64,000 nucleotides of DNA from an uncultured Thermoprotei archaeon (GCA_964517845.1 CAZFCQ010000007.1:14087-78086); one strand, 5' to 3'; shown: positions 48,934-59,639, counted from the first letter of the stretch. The notes: generated by a model from the letters alone, not told the origin. Made by a program: numbers and translations.

Positions 48934-50616
48934 AAGGACGTATTTTATATACTCATTAAACAAAGTATCTAGACGTATTTCGAAGGCTGTAACAGGTACC
49001 TCTAAATTGAAATTAAGTAGTACCTCTGGATGAACTTCTCCTACGAAGCCGATCTCTTTCGTATTAAGGAATATTTTACCATAACGACCTTCTATGAAAC
49101 TAGGATGTACTTTTTCGGGTGTTATGTATTTAAATGTAACACCTAGTGTTCTAGCTAACGCATCTAGGATTACTAGAGCATCAACTAGGGTTACCTTTGA
49201 GGAAGCTATAACAGCAGCTAGGTGGCGTTCTTCTTTAACTCTATTTTCGAGGGATAGGTCTATTAAGGCCACATCGCCTACTTCAAATATCCTCTGAGGG
49301 TATCCGCATCCCTTACTCATTGAAAGTACATAAAGTAGCCCTGGAAGTAACCAATTTCTCAATGCTGAAAATCTTTCACTAACAGGATTTTTGACTTCTA
49401 CTAATGGGGTACTTTTTAGGCGCATTCTCTTTAGAAGAATCTCCTTATTGCTCATCATATAGTTTGCGACTTCCTGAAAGCCTAGACCAGCCATAATTTC
49501 ACGTATTTTTTGACTAAAGAGTTCTATAGGATTTACCTTGCCTATAGTTACGTGATCTTCAGGAAGCTCAGGGATTAAGTTATCAAATCCATAAGCCATA
49601 GCCACTTCTTCTACTAAGTCTATTGGATGAAGAATATCCATCCTATAACAGGGTACTGTAACCTTAACTTCATCTTGAGAAAGAACTTCTGCATTAAAGC
49701 GCATCATAAGTAAGTACTCACATATTTCATCTGGAGAAAGAGAAAGGCCTAGGATCTTATTCGCATAACTAGTACTTAGATTCACTTTTTCTTCCTTTAA
49801 TACAGGCGAGATTATGGTTTCACTGGGGTATGATATAATAACAGTTTCTATATATCCTCCAGAAGCACGTTCTACAACACTAGTTGTCATTATGGTTAGA
49901 ATTCCAAGTACTGCATTAATATCAGTACCAGTAACGTCTATGAATACGTTACGTGTTCGTACAGAGACCTTAGTGTCTTCGCTATTTATAATTGGAGGCA
50001 TAGATAATACCTTACCTTCTGAGTCGAAAAGTAGTGGATAACGGTGCTTTCCTAAAAGTATTTCACGATATTCAATACCTTTAGGATGGTTATGAAGTAT
50101 TTCATCTGCACTCATTTCCTTATTCATATCCAGAGGAATAAAGCGGATTCTTTCCTTTGAGATAGCTTTATAGTAGATAGGAGGAGTTATAGTATCTAGA
50201 TCATAGAGACCTATTGAAGCTTTTCTTCTATTTCTACCGTATGTTAGGTGTAATTTCTCTTGTAATTGCATTAATTGTCGAAGAGCTTCCTCACCTAATT
50301 GGACATTTCGCACAACAGCACAAGCTATAAAGGGGCGATAGGGTACTTCCTCTACCATTATTCTAATATTACCCTCCTTGATAGGGAATTTCCTGATCCC
50401 GAGCTCTAGTTTCATAAGTCCCTTTATCGCGCGAGCAAGACCCTCAGCGGAGAAAAGGTCTGGACGATCATGAGTAGCTTCATATTCTAAGGTATCTTCT
50501 TCAATCTTTTCAATTTCACCTTTGAGCGATGTAATATACCTCTCGAGCTCATTAGTAGGAATGCCTTTCCCTATCAATCTTTCAAGGTCGCTAATTTTAA
50601 CTTCTATTAGAGGCAT
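48928..50616 (-). CDS. pheT: phenylalanyl-tRNA synthetase beta subunit (archaeal type)
   Basis: 562 aa, immediately downstream of and overlapping pheS; B3/4 and B5 domain-like sequence. Confidence 0.85.
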   Translation of the reverse strand: MPLIEVKISDLERLIGKGIPTNELERYITSLKGEIEKIEEDTLEYEATHDRPDLFSAEGLARAIKGLMKLELGIRKFPIKEGNIRIMVEEVPYRPFIACAVVRNVQLGEEALRQLMQLQEKLHLTYGRNRRKASIGLYDLDTITPPIYYKAISKERIRFIPLDMNKEMSADEILHNHPKGIEYREILLGKHRYPLLFDSEGKVLSMPPIINSEDTKVSVRTRNVFIDVTGTDINAVLGILTIMTTSVVERASGGYIETVIISYPSETIISPVLKEEKVNLSTSYANKILGLSLSPDEICEYLLMMRFNAEVLSQDEVKVTVPCYRMDILHPIDLVEEVAMAYGFDNLIPELPEDHVTIGKVNPIELFSQKIREIMAGLGFQEVANYMMSNKEILLKRMRLKSTPLVEVKNPVSERFSALRNWLLPGLLYVLSMSKGCGYPQRIFEVGDVALIDLSLENRVKEERHLAAVIASSKVTLVDALVILDALARTLGVTFKYITPEKVHPSFIEGRYGKIFLNTKEIGFVGEVHPEVLLNFNLEVPVTAFEIRLDTLFNEYIKYVLS

Positions 50617-52168
50617 ATGACCACCTCGTGAAGCTAGGTATTATCTTTAAAGGTTTCGATCTAAGGATTTCTAGATTAGGTGAGAAGAGATCACGTATAT
50701 CATCTAATTCTAATACGATCATTGCAAGTCTATCTATGCCAATTCCCCAAGCTAGTACGTTGTATTTTATTCCTAAGGGAAGTAGTACTTCAGGTCTAAA
50801 CATACCTCCAGGTAAAGCTTCTATCCAACCAAGCTTTTTATGATAGACAAAACCTTCTACACTAGGTTCTGTAAATGGAAAATAAGCGGGTTTAAACTTG
50901 ACTTTTTCAAGACCTAGTCTTCGGGCAAACTCCTTTAGAAAACCTAAGAGATGCCTAAATGTTAAATTAGGCCCTACAACTATGCCTTCACATTGATAGA
51001 ACTCCATAGAGTGTGTAGCATCAAGAGCCTCTGGGCGGAAAACTCTATCAAGTGAAAACACCTTAATCTTCTTATTACCTACATTATAAAGAGTACGTAC
51101 AGATACACTAGTTGTTTGTGTTCTAAGAATCAACCTTAGAGCTTTTCTTGGATCCCACTTATAACCCCATCCCTTAGAGCCAGTAATCCATCCAGATTCA
51201 TGCGTCAGTTTTACACGTTTAATAAGGTCTTTATCTTTTACCTCACCTTCACTAGGATACCTAAGGAAGAATGTGTCGTGAATTTCTCTAGCGGGATGAT
51301 CCTGAGCTTGGAAAAGTACGTCGAAGTTCCAAAACTCCAGTTCTACATGAGGGCCTTTTGCTTCTTCAAATCCCATACTCACTAGAATTTCTCTTATTTG
51401 ATCCAGAAAGTCCATATAAGGGTGTTTACGACCGGGATAAATTATAGGAACCTCTGTACTTAAATCGAAAGGCTTTATTACGACTTCACGCCATTTTCCA
51501 CTACGTATTAAATCTGGTGTTAGAGCTGTCACTACCTCAGCTACTTTAATGATGCCACGTTTCATTAGAGATGAAAGATCCTCTACTATTCGTACTCTAA
51601 TTAAAGTCTCCTGCTTCGTTAATAGCAACTTTCTGCTCTTTGCCTCCTTTAATGCTGAGAATAACCGTGTAGGAATCTCGCGCTCGAGACTTCCTTCAGG
51701 TTTTATGATTTTTAGCAGCTCTTTTAGTATTCTCCGACTTTCTTTAAAGCGTTTAAGAATATCCTCTGAGGCTAAATGAATCATGCCTTTACGAATGACT
51801 ACCACTTTGTTTCGCACTAAATGAATAATACCAACATTAAATTCTCCATTGCTTATTCCATAAGAAGCGCATATTCTTTTAAGCTCATCTAAAGTTCGAT
51901 AGTCTTTCAAAATGAACTCTAGTAATCGTTCCTCAGGTAATCCTAAGGTAAGATATCTCTTTCCTTCCTCTGTTACATAGTATCTATTTACTACATCTCT
52001 ATGTACAGCAACGATTTGCTTTGCCTCTAATTCAGCTAATACTCTCATCAAAGAACTAGGCGCTACATTCAAGTACCTAGCAATATCTTGGACTAGGGCT
52101 TCACCACCAAGCTTTGATATAGTGTCAAGTACTTTAAATTCACCCTTAGAGATTAATGTGGTTTTCAC
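50597..52168 (-). CDS. pheS: phenylalanyl-tRNA synthetase alpha subunit
   Basis: Class II motif 3 region FPFTEPSVEGFV, motif 2 FRPE; N-terminal wHTH repeats typical of archaeal PheS. Confidence 0.9.
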   Translation of the reverse strand: MKTTLISKGEFKVLDTISKLGGEALVQDIARYLNVAPSSLMRVLAELEAKQIVAVHRDVVNRYYVTEEGKRYLTLGLPEERLLEFILKDYRTLDELKRICASYGISNGEFNVGIIHLVRNKVVVIRKGMIHLASEDILKRFKESRRILKELLKIIKPEGSLEREIPTRLFSALKEAKSRKLLLTKQETLIRVRIVEDLSSLMKRGIIKVAEVVTALTPDLIRSGKWREVVIKPFDLSTEVPIIYPGRKHPYMDFLDQIREILVSMGFEEAKGPHVELEFWNFDVLFQAQDHPAREIHDTFFLRYPSEGEVKDKDLIKRVKLTHESGWITGSKGWGYKWDPRKALRLILRTQTTSVSVRTLYNVGNKKIKVFSLDRVFRPEALDATHSMEFYQCEGIVVGPNLTFRHLLGFLKEFARRLGLEKVKFKPAYFPFTEPSVEGFVYHKKLGWIEALPGGMFRPEVLLPLGIKYNVLAWGIGIDRLAMIVLELDDIRDLFSPNLEILRSKPLKIIPSFTRWSYASNRS

Positions 52169-52229
52169 TGGATATTCCCCTATTCCATAAAGAGAAAAGG
52201 AGTAGTTAAAAATAGTTTATTTAGTTAGT

Positions 52230-52535
52230 TCACTCTCTTATGGGCTTTATTATGAGGGTGCCATCTTCTTTAGGTATTAGTTCAACAATTGTACCGTCTT
52301 TCAAGTTAAGAGCTCTAGCTAAATCTACAGGTATATGTATTCTACTTTTTACCATTTTAGTAGTATAGCCATCGGCCTTCTTGACTTCTAGCGAATCATC
52401 GCTCAATCTAAAGTAGAGTACTTCGTTGGGTTTCCATCCACAGGCTTCTCTTATCCAGACTGGTACTATCAGTTGTCTATTCTTAACTTGAGCTCTATAG
52501 AACGCAATAATCTCTGATTTATTCATTTCCACCAC
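52230..52535 (-). CDS. AbrB/SpoVT-type swapped-hairpin domain protein (tandem)
   Basis: RIHIPVDLARALNLKDGTIVEL and LIVPVWIREACGWKPNEVL each resemble AbrB/MazE DNA-binding hairpins. Confidence 0.55.
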   Translation of the reverse strand: MVEMNKSEIIAFYRAQVKNRQLIVPVWIREACGWKPNEVLYFRLSDDSLEVKKADGYTTKMVKSRIHIPVDLARALNLKDGTIVELIPKEDGTLIIKPIRE

Positions 52536-52756
52536 CTTTAAGTAAAATTTAGCGAACTAAATATTAAAAATTGCACTTGTTAATATCAATAATAGATTTT
52601 CCCATATAAAAAATAAATCAAACAATAGCATTTTAATAAAACTTAATGATATTCTTGAGAAATGTGGAAAAATAAAAATCCTATCGTGATCTAATTAAAG
52701 GTGCCATTGATAACATTAATCTTGAGAGCATAAAGAATCTAAAGGAGGTAAAGAAA

Positions 52757-53287
52757 GTGACTTGGTTTCTAGGGATCCCAATTAGGATAAGAATCTATGA
52801 TGATTACTTGAAAGAAGCGTGCCGTTTATGCTTAAATGTGAGAATAATTCCCCCAGAGGAAAGACATCTTACCTTGGTATATTTTGGCGAAGTAAGACCT
52901 CCTATAGAAGTATTGAAGAAGATAATAAATGAAATAAACATGAAGCCCTTCATTCTTTACTTTAGAGGAATAACATTATTTCCTAATACAATTAGGCCTA
53001 GATACATAGTCACAGTACCATATTATCAAGAGAGGTTATTTAGATTAAGGGAGGAGATCTTAACTAGACTTAGTGATTTATATAAAATCAAGGATAAATA
53101 TACAGAATTTCGGCCTCATGTTTCATTAGCTATTATAAGGTATAGAATACCTCTTGATATAATAGATAAGATGCTTAAGGTTTGTAAGAGAAGCGAAAAA
53201 GTACAGGATAGGATCCTTGTGACCTCTATTGTCCTTTATGAAGCTAAAGGTGGGAAAGTAGAGATAGTCAACGAGTTGTGGGCTTAG
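52757..53287 (+). CDS. RNA 2',3'-cyclic phosphodiesterase / 2'-5' RNA ligase (LigT, 2H family)
   Basis: Two H-x-T/S-x motifs (HLTLVY, PHVSLAI); GTG start with GGAGG 7 nt upstream. Confidence 0.75.
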   Translation: MTWFLGIPIRIRIYDDYLKEACRLCLNVRIIPPEERHLTLVYFGEVRPPIEVLKKIINEINMKPFILYFRGITLFPNTIRPRYIVTVPYYQERLFRLREEILTRLSDLYKIKDKYTEFRPHVSLAIIRYRIPLDIIDKMLKVCKRSEKVQDRILVTSIVLYEAKGGKVEIVNELWA

Positions 53288-53840
53288 GGGGCGGCCATCC
53301 CTTTTTAGCAAAACTATAGAATAGAAACGCTAGAATATCACCATCTTTAAGCACTACCTTATCAGCAGATACTCCAGGGAAGTACCAATCTTCGACCTTA
53401 CTGCTCATCCCCCATTCTTTCTCTACCCTACCATATATTGCAAAGACCCAACCGTGGGTACTGTTCTGTGATACTCCATTGATAGCGGTTATGAAGACAC
53501 CATAAGCACCTACAGTACTATTAACATTAGCTATATATCTTATGGCATCGAATGCTGTAGAACCCGCTAATAATTTAGTGTTATTATACCATTTTAAAGT
53601 ACCATTACCATAATTAACCAGAATGTTTACATTGATTAACATTTGCTCATATTCAATGATTGTCTTATTAAGTTTCGCTATTATTTCTTCATAGGCTTTA
53701 AGTGTGTTATTATAAGCAAGAAGTACCTCTTCGTAACGCTTTTTTAATAGGCTAACTTCCTGTAAGAAGTAAAGTGATAATACTGTAGTTACTATTGCCC
53801 AAGCCAGAGTAATTACTATTAGAATATCTCTAATTCTCAA
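53268..53840 (-). CDS. membrane-anchored extracytoplasmic protein with DUF4430-like (transcobalamin beta-domain-like) C-terminal domain
   Basis: Signal anchor, coiled coil, then GAYGVFITAINGV…WYFPGVSADKVVLKDGDILAFLFY resembling the DUF4430 pattern ending …L-x-DGD-x-v-x-F-x-Y. Confidence 0.5.
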   Translation of the reverse strand: MRIRDILIVITLAWAIVTTVLSLYFLQEVSLLKKRYEEVLLAYNNTLKAYEEIIAKLNKTIIEYEQMLINVNILVNYGNGTLKWYNNTKLLAGSTAFDAIRYIANVNSTVGAYGVFITAINGVSQNSTHGWVFAIYGRVEKEWGMSSKVEDWYFPGVSADKVVLKDGDILAFLFYSFAKKGWPPPKPTTR

Positions 53841-53898
53841 ACTTAATCACCAGAGGGTAGGAAATATTTCCTATATTTAAAGATAACTTTCATCATTA

Positions 53899-54669
53899 TC
53901 ATAATGATAAAGAGCGTGCCTTAAATCCTATCTTAAATCCCGTCATCAGCCCAAGGCCTGTAATTAAACCATTAAGGAAAGATGCCATTAAGCTTAGGAA
54001 TAAGGGGTGCCAATTCCCCCAGAAGATGATCATATATACTTTAGTTAAAGACCATCCACTAAATCCAAAGAGAAAGCCAAGAAAGAATACCCAGTATTTT
54101 GAATATTCATTATCAGATAGAATTATATAAAGGTCTAATAATGCGCCCCACATTGGATAGTAAGGAATCCATGCAGGATTAAAGAAAAGGATTTCAGATA
54201 CCATTCCCCATATCGTGAAGAAAAGTGTAGATATAAAAGGTTTTGAAGAGAAGCCTATTAAAGTTCCATAGATTATAGACTTAGGCAAGTAACTAGTTAG
54301 TGATACTGATATAAACGAGATTCCCGGTATAAGAAAAAGTGGAGCTGGCAAAGCCATGCCCCAGAAAAGCTCTGTTGAAAAGAGAGCTGCAAGGAGAGCT
54401 GTAATAGCATAGTCAAGGGTAGATATATCCGACAACTTAAGTGAGTAGTAGGCTGAAAATGCTATCACTAGGGAATTTGACACTAAGTTCAGGATCATTA
54501 GGAGAGGAACATTCCTCGGAGAATAACTTTCCGTAATTATTACTAATAATGACGTAGATATTGAAAGTGGTATTAGGAAAGCAATGAAGGACTTTCTCAT
54601 GAAAGAACACCGCTTTTGAAAGTAGAGAAATACTTTTATATAGGTTATTCTGCCTACCTCAAGGTACAA
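53899..54669 (-). CDS. polytopic membrane protein, candidate ECF-transporter substrate-specific (S) component
   Basis: About 6 TM helices, about 230 aa from the internal start MRKSF (near 54600); divergently adjacent to ecfA/ecfT. Confidence 0.45.
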   Translation of the reverse strand: MYLEVGRITYIKVFLYFQKRCSFMRKSFIAFLIPLSISTSLLVIITESYSPRNVPLLMILNLVSNSLVIAFSAYYSLKLSDISTLDYAITALLAALFSTELFWGMALPAPLFLIPGISFISVSLTSYLPKSIIYGTLIGFSSKPFISTLFFTIWGMVSEILFFNPAWIPYYPMWGALLDLYIILSDNEYSKYWVFFLGFLFGFSGWSLTKVYMIIFWGNWHPLFLSLMASFLNGLITGLGLMTGFKIGFKARSLSL

Positions 54670-56165
54670 TGAAATCCATTATCGAAGTTCGACAACTTAC
54701 TGTTAAGTACTATAACACTCCAAGGGAGGCTTTGAAAAATATAACACTCAAAGTTAGTAAGGGAGAAGTTCTTGTAATAGCAGGACCTACAGGTAGTGGG
54801 AAGTCTACTTTATGTTATATTCTCTGTGGTATCATACCGAAGTTCATACCTGCTAAGGTCTATGGGAAGGTATATATTAATGGAAGAGACGTAAATGAGA
54901 TACCTCAACAACAACTACTCACTACCATCAATGCACTACTTCAGGATCCAGAAGCTCAGTTAGCATTGTTTTCTGTAAGCGAAGAAATAATGTTTCCTTT
55001 AGAGAATTTAGGAATCCCCAGGGATGAAGCAGATAAGAGATTGAAATGGGTAGTGGACTTAACTTATATAAGGCATCTCCTAAGTAAATATGTTAATAAT
55101 TTATCATATGGAGAAAAACAAAGAGTAGCTTTAGCATCAGTACTAGCTTTAAAGCCAAAGATTTTGATACTTGATGAACCATTAGCACATCAAGATTATC
55201 TAGCTAGAAAGCGTATCATAACTCTCATAGATAAGCTTAGAGAAGAGGGGATAACTATCATAGTAACAGAGCATAGAATCTTAGATCTTGTCAAGATTGC
55301 TGATAGGGTGGTAGTATTATCTAATGGAGAAGTAATTTATGAAGGTGACATAGAGAAGTTAGTTAAAAGCAATATACCTACGAAAATAGGTTTAAGAACA
55401 TTAGAAGTCTGTTCAGGATATAATAAAGTTAAGAAAGAACAAGTTAGAAGTAAGATTGCAATAAAGGTTCATGATCTCTCATATGCGTATGGATCGAGAG
55501 AAGTACTTCATGGAATTAGCTTTGAAGTATATGAAGGGGAGAAAGTATTCATCGTTGGACCTAATGGTTCTGGAAAGTCTACTTTAGGCATGTGTATTGC
55601 TGGAATACTAACTCCTAAAAGAGGATATGTCAAAATAATGAGTAGGGACGTCCATAAGCTTAACTGGAAGGAAAGAGTAAAGCTTGTAGGATATGTATTT
55701 CAAAATCCGGATCTTATGTTAACTTCAGATAGTGTAAGTGAAGAAATAAGATATGGGCTAAATAATTTAGGATTGAAGAGAGAGGAACTTGACAAGAGGT
55801 TGAATTCTATATTAAATTTACTTGGTTTAGAGACACTGAAGGATAGAGATCCACATATGCTCTCTCGCGGAGAGAGAATGATAGTAGCAATAGCATCTCT
55901 TTTAGCATTTAATCCTAGAGTTCTGGTACTTGATGAGCCTTTCTCTGGACAGGATGGTAATGGAGTAAGGAGAATATTCTCAATCCTAAATAAGATTATA
56001 AGTAAACTCAATACTACAGTCTTAATAATAACACATGATATAGACCTCATAAACGTCTATGCAGATAGAGTCATAGCTCTAAACTCAGGATATCTTCTTT
56101 TTAAGGGTACTCCAGAGAGAGCTCTAGAATACCTCAGGAGGTTAAATCATGAATGGGATATTTGA
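54669..56165 (+). CDS. ECF/cobalt-type ABC transporter ATPase with duplicated nucleotide-binding domains (fused EcfA-EcfA')
   Basis: Two Walker A (GPTGSGKST, GPNGSGKST), two LSYGEKQR/LSRGERM signatures, two Walker B (LILDEP, LVLDEP). Confidence 0.85.
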   Translation: MKSIIEVRQLTVKYYNTPREALKNITLKVSKGEVLVIAGPTGSGKSTLCYILCGIIPKFIPAKVYGKVYINGRDVNEIPQQQLLTTINALLQDPEAQLALFSVSEEIMFPLENLGIPRDEADKRLKWVVDLTYIRHLLSKYVNNLSYGEKQRVALASVLALKPKILILDEPLAHQDYLARKRIITLIDKLREEGITIIVTEHRILDLVKIADRVVVLSNGEVIYEGDIEKLVKSNIPTKIGLRTLEVCSGYNKVKKEQVRSKIAIKVHDLSYAYGSREVLHGISFEVYEGEKVFIVGPNGSGKSTLGMCIAGILTPKRGYVKIMSRDVHKLNWKERVKLVGYVFQNPDLMLTSDSVSEEIRYGLNNLGLKREELDKRLNSILNLLGLETLKDRDPHMLSRGERMIVAIASLLAFNPRVLVLDEPFSGQDGNGVRRIFSILNKIISKLNTTVLIITHDIDLINVYADRVIALNSGYLLFKGTPERALEYLRRLNHEWDI

Positions 56166-56979
56166 ATATCAAGAGGGAGAAGGGTTTTTATATAAAACGA
56201 ATCCTATAACAAAAATATCGATTTCGTTAATTGTAATAATTTTAGCAGCGTTCACATTCTCTTTGGTAAGAGTTATATGTCTATTAGCTTTCATTACGAT
56301 TATAACATTGCTATCCTTAAGATTTAGCGTAAGAAGCCTATCTCCTTATCTAAAGATATGTATCTTTATTTCATTAACAACAATTCCTACCCAAGGACTT
56401 TTCTATTGGGAATTCTACTTAGGTGAGTTACATGATGTGATATGGATAATAAAGCCAGAGAAGCTTCAAAGCTTACCAGTAATTGGTCATATATTTTTAT
56501 GGATAACCTATGGAAGGGGACTAGGAATAAGCTGGAAAGGGATAATGTACGGAATATTGACATCGTTGAAGTTCAGTTTAACTATACTGATAGGTGCAAT
56601 GATAGTATTAACTACTAAACCAGGAGATATCGTAAGGACGTTAGCAGCTATAGGCATTCCTAGGGCATTAATTTACACTTCTTTAATTAGCATAAGGTTT
56701 ATACCTCTTCTTATTGAAGAGGGTAAAATAGCCATAATAGCTCTCAGAATGAGAGGGGGAGGAAGAACTTTAAGAGATGTAACATCTTTCATCAAAAGAG
56801 CTCTTTATGCCATAATACTGAATACTATTAGACGCGCTAAAGTATTGGCAATAGCCTTAGAGCTTAAAGGATTCAGGTATAATAAAGAGAGAAGAGATAA
56901 AATTAACTTCAAAAAAGAAGACGCTATGTTACTCCTAACTAGTATCATAGTAGCAATTATAGTATATAGTCTACCTTAA
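56149..56979 (+). CDS. ECF transporter transmembrane (T) component (CbiQ/EcfT family)
   Basis: 276-aa polytopic protein overlapping ecfA by 17 nt; conserved Arg-rich coupling-helix region ALRMRGGGR. Confidence 0.75.
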   Translation: MNGIFEYQEGEGFLYKTNPITKISISLIVIILAAFTFSLVRVICLLAFITIITLLSLRFSVRSLSPYLKICIFISLTTIPTQGLFYWEFYLGELHDVIWIIKPEKLQSLPVIGHIFLWITYGRGLGISWKGIMYGILTSLKFSLTILIGAMIVLTTKPGDIVRTLAAIGIPRALIYTSLISIRFIPLLIEEGKIAIIALRMRGGGRTLRDVTSFIKRALYAIILNTIRRAKVLAIALELKGFRYNKERRDKINFKKEDAMLLLTSIIVAIIVYSLP

Positions 56980-57007
56980 GAAGAGAATTTCTAAGGGGGT
57001 AGGAAGT

Positions 57008-57556
57008 ATGAAGGAATATTATCATAGAGGGATTAGAATTCTCATTAAGCAAGGAGATATTACTAAGGAAGAAGTTGAAGCTATAGTAAATCCTGCTAAT
57101 AGCTGGATGATTATGGGAGGAGGAGTAGCCCTAGCTATAAAGAAAGAAGGAGGAGAGGAAATAGAAATAGAAGCTAGAAAACATGCGCCAGTTCCTATTG
57201 GAAAAGCCATAGTTACGAGAGGAGGTAAGTTGAAATCTAAGTATGTGATTCATGCACCTACAATGGAAAGACCTGGAATAAGAACGAATATTGAAAATGT
57301 AGTAAAGGCGGCCAGAGCCGCTTTCAGGAAAATGCGTGAATTAAATATTAGAACTATTGCTTTTCCAGCCTTAGGTGCAGGCATAGGAGGAGTTCGAGTT
57401 TATGATTCTATTAGGGCAATTCTGGAGCAACTTAATGAAGCATTAAACGAGGGGGCTACATTTAGAGAAGTCAGGCTAATTGCATGGAAAAAAGAAGATT
57501 ATGACGAATTCTTGCAAGCAGTCGAGGACTTTCTAGGCAGAGAGGAGAGAGCCTAA
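57008..57556 (+). CDS. macro domain (ADP-ribose-binding / O-acetyl-ADP-ribose deacetylase-like) protein
   Basis: VEAIVNPANSWMIMGGGVALAI and PALGAGIGGV macro-domain motifs. Confidence 0.85.
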   Translation: MKEYYHRGIRILIKQGDITKEEVEAIVNPANSWMIMGGGVALAIKKEGGEEIEIEARKHAPVPIGKAIVTRGGKLKSKYVIHAPTMERPGIRTNIENVVKAARAAFRKMRELNIRTIAFPALGAGIGGVRVYDSIRAILEQLNEALNEGATFREVRLIAWKKEDYDEFLQAVEDFLGREERA

Positions 57557-57583
57557 ATTAATGAGTTAAGTAAGAGTAAAGTG

Positions 57584-59170
57584 TTAAAATGAAGAGGAAT
57601 ACACTATATTCCCATCTACTATAGTCATTAAGACTTTTATCTTCGTTATTTCGTTAGGATTGAGTTCAAAAGGGTTAGTATCAACAACTATTAGATCTGC
57701 AAGCTTCCCGGGCATTATTGTCCCTAAAAGTGTCTCGTCGAAAGATGCATAAGCTGAGCCTTGAGTATAGCACTTTAGAGCTTCACCTAGATTTAGTCTT
57801 TCACTTTGAGTATAGCGAGCTAATTCAATATTTAGCTCTTCACCACGTGTTATAGCAGCCTGTAATGTTAGCCATGGATCTATAGGCTCTACTGGTGCAT
57901 CTGTCGAAAATGCGACGTTAATTTTAGAGTTTAAGAGTGATTTAAATGGATAAACCCACCTAGCTCTTTCTTTACCTACTCTTTGAACTATCCACCAATC
58001 GCTAATGATGAAGTGAGGCTGTACTACAGCTACAATACCTAAACGTGACATAAAATTCATTAATTCAGAGGAGAGAAGTGAGGCATGCTCTACTCTAAAG
58101 CGTTCTTTAGGAGTGACGCCTACATCCTCATACGCTTTTAAGGTCTCCTCTATAGCTGCATCTCCTATAGCATGTACTGCAGCTTGAAGTCCATAGGATC
58201 TTGTTTTTTCTAGTATTTCACGTAACTTTTTCTTATTAATTGTTAGTAATCCTCTTCCAGGATAATCAGCATAAGGCTCTTTTAAATAGGCGGTTCGTCC
58301 TCCTAAAGAACCATCAGCCATGATTTTAATACCTGATACTTTTAATATGGAATTTTTGCCTAACTTCTGCGATATTTTAACTGCGTAATCTATATGACTA
58401 GACGAGAAGTAAACACGAACCCTAATTGGCAACCCTTCATTCACTAAGACATATCTAAGAAGCTCGAAGGCCTCTTTAGTACAAGAGACAAAATGAACCG
58501 TTGTGATCCCATGACTAAGGAGCTCTTGTACACCCCTTTTTAAAGCATTAAGATAGTCCTTGAAGGAAGGTGATGGTATTATACGTCTTATTAGCTCTAT
58601 AGCAGATTCCTTTAATACACCTGTAGGTTCTCCCTTTTCATCTCTATCAATAACTCCTCCAGGAGGATCGGGCGTATTTTTGTCTATTCCTGCCTTCCTA
58701 AGAGCTAGTGTATTCACTACAGCTATATGACCACATATTCTCCACAAAATAACAGGATTTTTAGGTGCTACTTCGTCAATATCATATCGCGTTGGCCATC
58801 TTTTTTCAGTAAAAAGCTCCTGATCCCAGCCCCGGCCTAGGATCCATTCGCCAGGTCCTAAAGACTTAGCTTTTTCGTATATTTTGGCTTTAAGCTCTTG
58901 AATAGAAGAGACATTGCGTAGATCTATGTGCCTTAATGAAAGTGAAAATTCTAGAAGGTGCATATGAGCATCTATGAAGCCAGGTAATACAGTATAGCCC
59001 TTTAAATTTATAACCTTAGCATTTTTACCAGCTATTTCAAGCGCTTCATCTTTTCTACCTACGTATTCAATCTTATTGCCTTTTACTACTAAACTATCAT
59101 GGATTCCTAGAGGAGATACTATTTTACCATTCACTAGGGCTAGCGTATTTACACGATCCTCCATAATCAC
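57584..59170 (-). CDS. metal-dependent amidohydrolase (amidohydrolase-3 family)
   Basis: LPGFIDAHMHL metal-binding HxH motif, 528 aa, C-terminal ADLIVVD. Confidence 0.75.
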   Translation of the reverse strand: MIMEDRVNTLALVNGKIVSPLGIHDSLVVKGNKIEYVGRKDEALEIAGKNAKVINLKGYTVLPGFIDAHMHLLEFSLSLRHIDLRNVSSIQELKAKIYEKAKSLGPGEWILGRGWDQELFTEKRWPTRYDIDEVAPKNPVILWRICGHIAVVNTLALRKAGIDKNTPDPPGGVIDRDEKGEPTGVLKESAIELIRRIIPSPSFKDYLNALKRGVQELLSHGITTVHFVSCTKEAFELLRYVLVNEGLPIRVRVYFSSSHIDYAVKISQKLGKNSILKVSGIKIMADGSLGGRTAYLKEPYADYPGRGLLTINKKKLREILEKTRSYGLQAAVHAIGDAAIEETLKAYEDVGVTPKERFRVEHASLLSSELMNFMSRLGIVAVVQPHFIISDWWIVQRVGKERARWVYPFKSLLNSKINVAFSTDAPVEPIDPWLTLQAAITRGEELNIELARYTQSERLNLGEALKCYTQGSAYASFDETLLGTIMPGKLADLIVVDTNPFELNPNEITKIKVLMTIVDGNIVYSSSF

Positions 59171-59174
59171 ACCT

Positions 59175-59639
59175 TTAACCTCTTGAAATAATAGTCCCTA
59201 AGTACAATCTATCAAAACTTTTATGAAGCTTCTCAAGGATAATTCTTGAAGTTTTTGTGAGCTCGTAAAGAAGAGCAGAAGAAGTTTTGACCCATCTAAC
59301 CTCTAGAGCATCAGTCCTTGGGTGAGGCTTGCTAGAACCTATAGCATGACATTTAAATACTAAGATTAAGTAATGATACCTCACTTTATCTTCAGGATCA
59401 AGCTCTACATACTGTAGTACAGCAAAAAGATCGTCTACTTCTATTTTTAGATGAGTTTCTTCAAATACCTCACGTATTAAAGCACTCTGAGCATCTTCCC
59501 CTACTTCTATCACTCCCCCAGGAAGTGACCAGAGGCCTTTTCCAGGTGAGGCACCACGCTTTACTAGTAATATCTCATCATTTCTAATAATTAAAGCAGA
59601 AACTGCAGGTATGGGAAAAGAAGGGTAGAGTCTTAGCAT
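59175..59639 (-). CDS. NUDIX hydrolase
   Basis: Nudix box GGVIEVGEDAQSALIREVFEETHL. Confidence 0.8.
   Translation of the reverse strand: MLRLYPSFPIPAVSALIIRNDEILLVKRGASPGKGLWSLPGGVIEVGEDAQSALIREVFEETHLKIEVDDLFAVLQYVELDPEDKVRYHYLILVFKCHAIGSSKPHPRTDALEVRWVKTSSALLYELTKTSRIILEKLHKSFDRLYLGTIISRG

Noticed and set aside
53868-53888. 17-nt palindrome ATCATTAT-C-ATAATGAT downstream of the ECF S-component gene
   Set aside because: Short AT-only palindrome in an AT-rich spacer; could be a weak terminator but is not distinguishable from chance.
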